Positions 57,826 to 64,000 of a stretch of 64,000 bases of DNA are shown one piece after another. Origin of the DNA: Candidatus Versatilivorator sp. (GTDB lineage Bacteria; Acidobacteriota; Terriglobia; Versatilivoradales; Versatilivoraceae); the NCBI GenBank assembly GCA_965207735.1, contig OZ242296.1:3584001-3648000 (forward strand), in the 5' to 3' direction. The position numbers and the translations under genes are program-made. How positions within the stretch are numbered: the first letter of the stretch is position 1; each line of letters begins with the position of its first letter. The notes beneath the pieces are model-generated. The model was not told the origin of the DNA, searched no databases, and worked only from the letters and a program-made list of their open reading frames with translations.

Positions 57826-58865
57826 CGGAATTTTTTCCCCAACGTTTGCATCAGCAAATCCCGCAGGCCGTCTCCCACGAACTCGAACGAGACCCGGGCG
57901 ATCAGTACCCGAAGCGCCGGTGGATGCAGGGAAGCGGGCGGTAGATTCTCGGCGTCCTTTTCGGTGGTGATGGCCGCCTCTACCCGCAACTCCCGGCAGC
58001 GGGCTCCAATGGCGCTCAACTCCCCGGTGGAATAGCGATGGTGATCGCCGAAAGGAAGGGCTTGTACCAGTTCCACCCCGTGGCGTCTCAAAGAGTCGAA
58101 AAACTGCTGCGGGTTGGCAAGCCCGGCGAAGGCCAGGGCTCGACATCCTGCCAGCGGCGCCTCCACTCTTTCTCCCCGGGCCGTCCTGCAGGCGACCGGC
58201 TCCAGGATCTGGGTCGAGCGGAAGCAGGGCAGATCCGGGTTGAAGCGCCGGAGTTCATGGGTCAGCGGGTCATAGTCCTGTCCGGTGCGCGTGCGGGTCA
58301 GGATGACGGCGTCGGCCCTGCCGAGGGCTTCCGGGGGCTCCCGCAGCTGACCCGAGGGGACTATTCGCCCCCCTCCGAAGGGGTTGGTCACGTCCACCAG
58401 GACCAGGTCCAGACAGCGATGGAGTTGCCGGTGCTGGAAACCGTCGTCCAGCAAATGCAGGTCGGCGGCGTCCCGACCTTCAATCCAGCGGCCGGCCCCG
58501 GCACGGTTCTTGCCTACGGTGACCATTGCACCGGGAAGGTTCCTGGCAATGACCAGGGCTTCGTCACCCGCGAGATCGGATTGGCTCCGGATGCGTCGAC
58601 CGTCGGAGACCGGCAGCGGTCCTCCCCGGTGGCGTCCCTTGTAGCCCCGCAGCAACACCGACACCGAGTAGCCTGCGCCTTGAAGCATTTTGCCCAATGC
58701 GATGACGGTTGGAGTCTTGCCGGTGCCTCCCAGGGTCAGGTTGCCGACGCTGATCACCGGCCGGGCGAGGTGTTGGACCTTGAACCAGCCGGCATCGTAA
58801 CCTCGGTTGCGGAGGTGGACAACCTGCTCATAGGCGGTGGAGACCAACTGCGATGCCGTGATCAT
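57822..58865 (-). CDS. lpxK: Tetraacyldisaccharide 4'-kinase
   Basis: ISVGNLTLGGTGKTP, RGY, GDEA, LDDGFQH, G.LRE, DHH.Y, TTEKD. Confidence 0.96.
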   Translation of the reverse strand: MITASQLVSTAYEQVVHLRNRGYDAGWFKVQHLARPVISVGNLTLGGTGKTPTVIALGKMLQGAGYSVSVLLRGYKGRHRGGPLPVSDGRRIRSQSDLAGDEALVIARNLPGAMVTVGKNRAGAGRWIEGRDAADLHLLDDGFQHRQLHRCLDLVLVDVTNPFGGGRIVPSGQLREPPEALGRADAVILTRTRTGQDYDPLTHELRRFNPDLPCFRSTQILEPVACRTARGERVEAPLAGCRALAFAGLANPQQFFDSLRRHGVELVQALPFGDHHRYSTGELSAIGARCRELRVEAAITTEKDAENLPPASLHPPALRVLIARVSFEFVGDGLRDLLMQTLGKKFR

Positions 58866-58940
58866 CCCTTGAGATCCCCGGCCGGGAGCCCCCGGCCGGA
58901 GCCGTTTGCCCACCGGCATGTGCACTGATCCTTGCCGGGC

Positions 58941-60245
58941 TCAGCCGGGGGGCAGGCACTTGGCGATCCGATCCAGGATTCTGGCTCCGGCCCCTTGATG
59001 GGTCCGGATAATTCGGTAGCCGTTGCCGCCCAGGCGCCTGCGGGAGCCGGCGTCCCGAAAGAGCTCGATGAATCGCGCTCCCAGCTCGACTTCATTCTGA
59101 ACCATTATGCCGGCCTCGGCCTGAATAAAGTGTAGGGCCATCTCACGAAAATTGTTCATATGGGGGCCGAACAGCACCGGCTTCCTGAACAGGGCCGGCT
59201 CCAGCAGGTTATGTCCGCCCCATGGGATCAGGCTTCCTCCCACGAAGACCAGATCGGCCAGGGCGTAAAGCACCGGCAGTTCTCCCAGGGTGTCCAGCAA
59301 GATGACTTCGGCGGGCGGGTTCTCGCCTGCGGGTATTACATTGTTGGACAACTCTGATCGCTTGACGAAGTCAAAGGATTGGGAGGTCAACAACTGCGCC
59401 ACTTCCGCGCAGCGGCCGGGGTGCCTGGGAGCCAGCAGCAGTCGGGCCTGGGGACACTCCTGCTGGAGCGCCCGGAAGGCATTCAGAACGGGCCTCTCCT
59501 CGTTGCTGCGGGTGCTGCCGGCGACCACCAGGAAGGGCGTGGAGGAGAGTCGCATCAGGGCGCGAAATTGAGCCAGCCTGGACTGAAGCCGGCCTGGCGG
59601 TTCGATGTCGTATTTCAGGTTGCCGCACACCTCCACCCTGTCGGGAGGCGCTCCCAGGGAGACAATCCGTTCCCGATCCACCGGGTCCTGCATGCAGCAG
59701 CAGTCGAACAGGCTCACCGACCGCCGCAGCCACCGGCGGAAGCGGTGGTACTTTCTGAAGGAGCGGTCGGAGATTCGTCCGTTGGCCAGGCAGACCGGGA
59801 TCCCCCGCTGGCGGCATTCATGAAGGAAATTGGGCCAGATCTCCGTTTCCAGGACCAGGACCAGCCCGGGTCGCACCCGGTTGAGGCTGCGCCGCACGGC
59901 GAACTTCCAGTCCAGGGGGAAGTAGAAAACGCCCGCCAGCCCCTGCCGGTTCATGCGGGCCAGTTCCTGACCGGTCCTTGAGGTGGTCGAGAGGAACAAG
60001 GGGCGCCCGGGCCATCGTCGGCGAATCTGCCTGATCAGGGGCAGCACCGACAGCACCTCGCCTACCGAGACGGCGTGGACCCAGATGCCGCCTGCCGGAC
60101 CTGTTCCGATCTCCCGGGGGAGGATGCCCAGGCGCTCGGGAAAGCTGGAGAGATACTTGCGATGCCTGAGGGCTTGAATCAGAAAGTAGGGCAGCGCCAG
60201 AAGGAAGGCCAGCGTGAAGCCCAGGCTGTAGAGTCGCCGAATCAA
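58941..60245 (-). CDS. waaA: 3-deoxy-D-manno-octulosonic acid transferase
   Basis: WVHAVSVGE, PLD, ETEIWPN, GNLKYD, APRHP, DTLGEL, GGHNLLEP. Confidence 0.96.
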   Translation of the reverse strand: MIRRLYSLGFTLAFLLALPYFLIQALRHRKYLSSFPERLGILPREIGTGPAGGIWVHAVSVGEVLSVLPLIRQIRRRWPGRPLFLSTTSRTGQELARMNRQGLAGVFYFPLDWKFAVRRSLNRVRPGLVLVLETEIWPNFLHECRQRGIPVCLANGRISDRSFRKYHRFRRWLRRSVSLFDCCCMQDPVDRERIVSLGAPPDRVEVCGNLKYDIEPPGRLQSRLAQFRALMRLSSTPFLVVAGSTRSNEERPVLNAFRALQQECPQARLLLAPRHPGRCAEVAQLLTSQSFDFVKRSELSNNVIPAGENPPAEVILLDTLGELPVLYALADLVFVGGSLIPWGGHNLLEPALFRKPVLFGPHMNNFREMALHFIQAEAGIMVQNEVELGARFIELFRDAGSRRRLGGNGYRIIRTHQGAGARILDRIAKCLPPG

Positions 60246-60274
60246 GGCCTGCCCATTCTGCCGTCGACCAAGAG

Positions 60275-60366
60275 CCCGTACTTCTCACCGGGTCGCCGGA
60301 TGCATGAGAGAAGAGGGTTTATTGCCAGCAACCTGTCGGTCCGATTGTGATGTCTTGCGGTTGCCG
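60275..60366 (-). mobile_element. Degenerate inverted partial copy of the MITE right end
   Basis: CCCGTACTTCTCACCGGGTCGCCGGATGCATGAGAGAAG...TTTAT aligns with the reverse complement of about 50336-50428. Confidence 0.6.
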
Positions 60367-60494
60367 AGGTCAAGAACGGCTGGATGGGAGCGTCCGGCGC
60401 CCGAGGCCGGCGTGCGCCCCCCACCGCAACCGACGCACGCCGGTGGTTACCGCTACGGCGCACAAGATCTCGCCCTTGGCTCGCCTTGTGCGAA

Positions 60495-60561
60495 CCCCCC
60501 ACCGCATCAGCCTTCGCCATTCGGCTCGACTTCTGCGACTCCCCCTCAAGGGGGGAGTGAT
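60495..60561 (-). repeat. REP-like element, inverted copy
   Basis: CGACTCCCCCTCAAGGGGGGAGTGAT is the reverse complement of the core at 21489 and 60663. Confidence 0.8.
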
Positions 60562-60662
60562 ATCCGTGTTATGAAGAGGGAACGGAGTTTATGCGGTAGA
60601 CCGGGAACATGGTTTACATCCTGCCCAGGAATGGGGCAAGGCGCCTGATGCAAGCCTCAAGT

Positions 60663-60805
60663 ATCACTCCCCCCTTGAGGGGGAGTCGGAGAGACAAGGG
60701 CGCCAGCCCGCAGTCGATCCGGAGGGGGGCAAGCTCGGCGCCCCGAGAGCGACTACCAAAGGCTCCGCCCGCCGTCGATCCGGAGGGGGGCATACTCGGC
60801 GCCCC
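60663..60805 (+). repeat. REP-like element plus duplicated ~32-bp tail
   Basis: Matches 21489-21559; GTCGATCCGGAGGGGGGCA..CTCGGCGCCCC occurs at about 60713 and 60774. Confidence 0.8.
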
Positions 60806-60875
60806 GTGAGTGACTACCAGTGGCACAGCCACCAACGCCGCTTGCCGGCTCTGGAGCTCAACTTTTGTGCGTGTG

Positions 60876-60900
60876 TCTTCGGGTCCCTTCGTGGATAATC
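60876..60900 (-). repeat. 'TTATCCACGAAG' repeat family, copy D
   Basis: Reverse complement reads GATTATCCACGAAGGGACCCGAAGA. Confidence 0.55.
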
Positions 60901-60908
60901 CCTCTCTA

Positions 60909-62099
60909 ATGAACAAGCTCTCCATTCGCGATTTGGACCTGGACGGCCGCCGGCTCTTCATACGAGTGGACTTCAACGTCCCGCTGGACGGTTCTGGCCG
61001 GGTTGCCGACTCCGCCCGGATTCAAGCCAGCCTGCCCACCATCCGCTACGCGCTGTCCCGCGGAGCCCGGGTGCTGCTGGCCTCACATCTGGGACGGCCG
61101 CGGGGCCGGGTCGATCCGAGCCTGAGCCTGAAGCCTGTCGCCGCCGCCCTGGAATCGGCCATCGGCCGGCCGGTGAGCATGGCCGGGGATTGCGTGGGGG
61201 AAGCGGTCGAGAGGCAAAGCGCTCGACTGCGGTCGGGCCGGATCCTGCTGTTGGAGAATTTGCGCTTCCACCCGGAGGAGGAGGGCAACGGGGAATCCTT
61301 CTGCCGGGGGCTGGCCCGCCTTTGCGACTGCTATGTCAATGACGCCTTCGGCGCCGCTCATCGAGCCCACGCCTCGACGGCCGGCATGGTTCGGTTCGTC
61401 GGAAAGGGGGCGACCGGCCTTCTGATGGAACGGGAGCTCTCCAATCTGGGCAAGGCGCTGTACAGTCCCGATCGGCCCTTTATGGCCGTTCTGGGCGGCG
61501 CCAAGGTATCCGACAAGATCGAGGTCATGGAGAACCTGCTGGAACGGGTCGACGGGATGCTGGTGGGTGGAGGCATGGCCTACACTTTCTTGAGGGCCCT
61601 CGGGTTGGAGGTGGGGCGGTCGCTGGTGGAGACCGACAAGATCCCCCTGGCAAGCGGACTCCTCCGGAAAGCGGAGCAGGCGGGCCTTCCCCTGCTCCTC
61701 CCCGTCGACCACGTCGTGACCCGCACTCTGGAGCCCGACGCACCCAGCCGGGTAGTTCCCGTTGGGGAAACCGGGCCGGAGTGGATGGGGGTGGACATCG
61801 GCCCTGAAACCCGTTCCCAATTTCAGCAGGTGCTCTCCAGGGCGGCAACCATTCTATGGAATGGTCCGGTGGGCGTGTTCGAGATCGATCGCTTCGCCGG
61901 AGGCACCCTGTCCCTGGCCAAGGCCGCGGCGGCCGGCACGGCAACCACGATCGTGGGCGGGGGTGACTCGATTGCAGCCGTCCGGCGGGCGGGTGTCGCC
62001 GACCGGATCACCCACATTTCGACCGGCGGCGGGGCGTCGCTGGAATTCTTGAGCGGCCGCAAACTGCCGGGTGTGGAATCGTTGGGCGACAGGCCCTGA
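60909..62099 (+). CDS. pgk: Phosphoglycerate kinase
   Basis: [50 protein letters not shown]. Confidence 0.98.
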   Translation: MNKLSIRDLDLDGRRLFIRVDFNVPLDGSGRVADSARIQASLPTIRYALSRGARVLLASHLGRPRGRVDPSLSLKPVAAALESAIGRPVSMAGDCVGEAVERQSARLRSGRILLLENLRFHPEEEGNGESFCRGLARLCDCYVNDAFGAAHRAHASTAGMVRFVGKGATGLLMERELSNLGKALYSPDRPFMAVLGGAKVSDKIEVMENLLERVDGMLVGGGMAYTFLRALGLEVGRSLVETDKIPLASGLLRKAEQAGLPLLLPVDHVVTRTLEPDAPSRVVPVGETGPEWMGVDIGPETRSQFQQVLSRAATILWNGPVGVFEIDRFAGGTLSLAKAAAAGTATTIVGGGDSIAAVRRAGVADRITHISTGGGASLEFLSGRKLPGVESLGDRP

Positions 62100-62128
62100 G
62101 CCACCGCCGGCTTCGGAGGAGCAGTCTC

Positions 62129-62902
62129 ATGGAATCCCCAACCCCGGGTAGGCGACCGGTCATTGCCGGGAATTGGAAGATGCACCGGACGGTCCGGGAA
62201 AGTGTGGAGCTTGTCGACCGACTCAAGCCTTTGGTGGAGGCCTCGGGCCATTGCGACATCGTGGTGGCGCCCCCCTTCACCGCCCTCTGGGCCGCGGCCC
62301 AGGCCGCTGAGGGCTGCCCCATCGCCATCGCGGCTCAGGATCTCTATTGGGAAAGCCAGGGGGCCTATACCGGAGAGGTATCGGCAGCCATGGTGGCCGA
62401 GGCCGGCTGCCGCTACGCCATCCTCGGTCACTCCGAGCGCCGGAGCCTGTTCGGCGAGACCAGTAGGGCCGTCAGCCGCAAGGCCGCGGCGGCTCTCGAA
62501 GCGGGTCTCACCCCCATCGTCTGCCTGGGAGAGACGCTCTCAGAGCGCGAGTCGGGCCGGACCGAAACAGTCATCGGAGCCCAGTTTCGGCAGTCGCTGG
62601 CCGGCTTGACAGAGGATGCCCTTTCCCGTACGATGATCGCGTACGAACCGGTGTGGGCGATCGGCACGGGGCGGGCGGCAACTCCGGAGATGGCCCAGGA
62701 TGTCCACGCCTTGATTCGAGGCTTGGCTGCAGAGGTTTTCAGTCGGCAGGCGGCAGAGCAACTGCCCATCCTCTACGGGGGCAGCGTCAAGCCTGAAAAC
62801 GTGGACGGGTTGATGGCCCGGGCCGACATCGACGGCGCCCTGGTTGGCGGGGCAAGTCTGAAGGCTGAATCCTTTGCCGCAATAGTCAACTTCCAGGTCT
62901 GA
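62129..62902 (+). CDS. tpiA: Triosephosphate isomerase
   Basis: AGNWKM, GHSERR, AYEPVWAIGTG, YGGSVKP, LVGGASL. Confidence 0.98.
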   Translation: MESPTPGRRPVIAGNWKMHRTVRESVELVDRLKPLVEASGHCDIVVAPPFTALWAAAQAAEGCPIAIAAQDLYWESQGAYTGEVSAAMVAEAGCRYAILGHSERRSLFGETSRAVSRKAAAALEAGLTPIVCLGETLSERESGRTETVIGAQFRQSLAGLTEDALSRTMIAYEPVWAIGTGRAATPEMAQDVHALIRGLAAEVFSRQAAEQLPILYGGSVKPENVDGLMARADIDGALVGGASLKAESFAAIVNFQV

Positions 62903-63285
62903 TGGCACTGTTACTGCAAATCATCCATGTGGTCGTCTGCGTGCTTTTGATCCTGATTGTGCTGCTGCAGTCGGGGAAGGGGGCGGACCTGGCAGGCGCC
63001 TTCGGTGGGGGCGGTTCCCAGACGGCCTTCGGAGCCAGGGGGACGGCCACGTTTCTTTCGAAGCTGACCACCGGTGCGGCCATCGTCTTCATGGCTACCT
63101 CCTTTACTCTATCGCTGCTGACGTCCCAGGACGAAGGTCGCTCCATCATGCAGGACGCGGCCGCGACTGCTCCCCAGGAAGAGGCTCCCCCTGAGAGCCC
63201 CGCGGCCACTCCAGTCCCTCAGTCGTCGGAGAGCCCGGCAGCACCGGACCAGGAGGACGAATCCGGCTCCCAGCGGGCGGAATAG
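62902..63285 (+). CDS. secG: Preprotein translocase subunit SecG
   Basis: VLLQSGKGADLAGAFGGG..FG, two TM helices; follows tpiA. Confidence 0.95.
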   Translation: MALLLQIIHVVVCVLLILIVLLQSGKGADLAGAFGGGGSQTAFGARGTATFLSKLTTGAAIVFMATSFTLSLLTSQDEGRSIMQDAAATAPQEEAPPESPAATPVPQSSESPAAPDQEDESGSQRAE

Positions 63286-63317
63286 AACACGCCCTTCCAG
63301 GGAACGCAGTCTGGCGT

Positions 63318-63402
63318 GCGGAAGTGGTGGAATTGGCAGACACACCATCTTGAGGGGGTGGCGGCGCAAGCCATGCGGGTTCAAGTCCCGCCTTCCGCAC
63401 CA
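63318..63402 (+). tRNA. tRNA-Leu (anticodon GAG)
   Basis: GCGGAAG/CTTCCGC acceptor stem, D loop GGAATTGG, anticodon arm CCATC-TTGAGGG-GGTGG, long variable arm, TTCAAGT T loop, encoded CCA; conserved position after secG. Confidence 0.97.
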
Positions 63403-63563
63403 TCACTTGGTCGTTGCATTTCTCCGCGCAACCCGCCCGCACAGAATCGACCGTTTCAATCCCCTGCCCATCGAATCGGTTGCTCGTAAAGCGGTGAACC
63501 CGCGCCGGCCGTCGATCCCCCCGGAGATGGTTTCACCCGCGGCGGTCGCCGTTATGTTCCAGG

Positions 63564-63989
63564 TCAATTCTTGAAGAGCGCGTCGAAGGCTTCCCGGGCC
63601 GTCTTGGGGCCGGGAGCGGCAGGAGTGAAGGAGGTCGTTTGTCTTTCGATGGTCTTTTTGGCCACGAACAGGCCGCATTGGTTGCGTACGCTTTTTCGGG
63701 GAATGCGCTCGGGGATCTTCTGGGTGCATTCCAGACGTGCCGAGGTGTCGAAGAATACGCACTGCCGGCAGGTATGAAGGTCGGCTCCGCACTTGGGGCA
63801 CCGGGTTTCCATCCCGATATCGGGTGAAGTGGTCGCCCCGCACATGGTGCAGCGCACCACATCCTGAAAGCCCGGCATGGGCTTGGCGCGGAACTCGGGG
63901 GCGCCTCGGGGCTTGGAAGGCTTTCGGACCCGGGGCCGCGACTCCCGTTCGTTGTCCTGATACCCGGGTTGGCGGTATTTTCTCGACAT
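63564..63989 (-). CDS. Hypothetical Cys-rich (putative zinc-binding) protein
   Basis: CTMC...CPKC...HTCRQC..FD...C...NQC..F, ends AFDALFK. Confidence 0.65.
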   Translation of the reverse strand: MSRKYRQPGYQDNERESRPRVRKPSKPRGAPEFRAKPMPGFQDVVRCTMCGATTSPDIGMETRCPKCGADLHTCRQCVFFDTSARLECTQKIPERIPRKSVRNQCGLFVAKKTIERQTTSFTPAAPGPKTAREAFDALFKN

Positions 63990-64000
63990 CAGGTTCTCGC

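Noticed and set aside
63318-63563. tRNA-Leu as integration site of a genomic island
   Set aside because: No integrase and no duplicated tRNA 3' end in the window.

Overview
GC-rich diderm (LPS-producing) bacterial chromosome segment. An Acidobacteriota-like origin is inferred from gene content and is not proven. Most of it is housekeeping: glpX, apt, uvrA, queA, rex, ruvAB, folK-panB-panC, anmK, mutS, tsaB, rimI, citrate synthase, an LPS inner-core operon (waaA-lpxK-waaF-gmhB-split hldE-waaC) and pgk-tpiA-secG-tRNA-Leu(GAG). Four accessory modules stand out. (1) A minimal bacterial microcompartment operon between rex and ruvA: a class II aldolase with a C-terminal encapsulation-peptide-like helix, one BMC hexamer and three divergent pentamers, with no aldehyde dehydrogenase. 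(2) A putative surface-modification locus: a small 'YIDPGTGS' membrane peptide overlapping a NoeA-like kinase-like/methyltransferase fusion, facing two lower-GC membrane alkaline-phosphatase-superfamily transferases. (3) A Planctomycete-type PPC/DUF1549-DUF1553/DUF1501 cluster beside a Tat-exported enolase-family enzyme and a BNR-repeat lipoprotein. (4) An ICMT-family methyltransferase closing the LPS operon. Also seen: a RelBE-type module with a frameshifted toxin and four intergenic repeat families, including a YTAR-flanked MITE whose ends abut stop codons. No CRISPR array, rRNA, prophage or intact transposase was seen. Start codons were adjusted by eye from the ORF track. Product calls come from motif recognition, not database searches.
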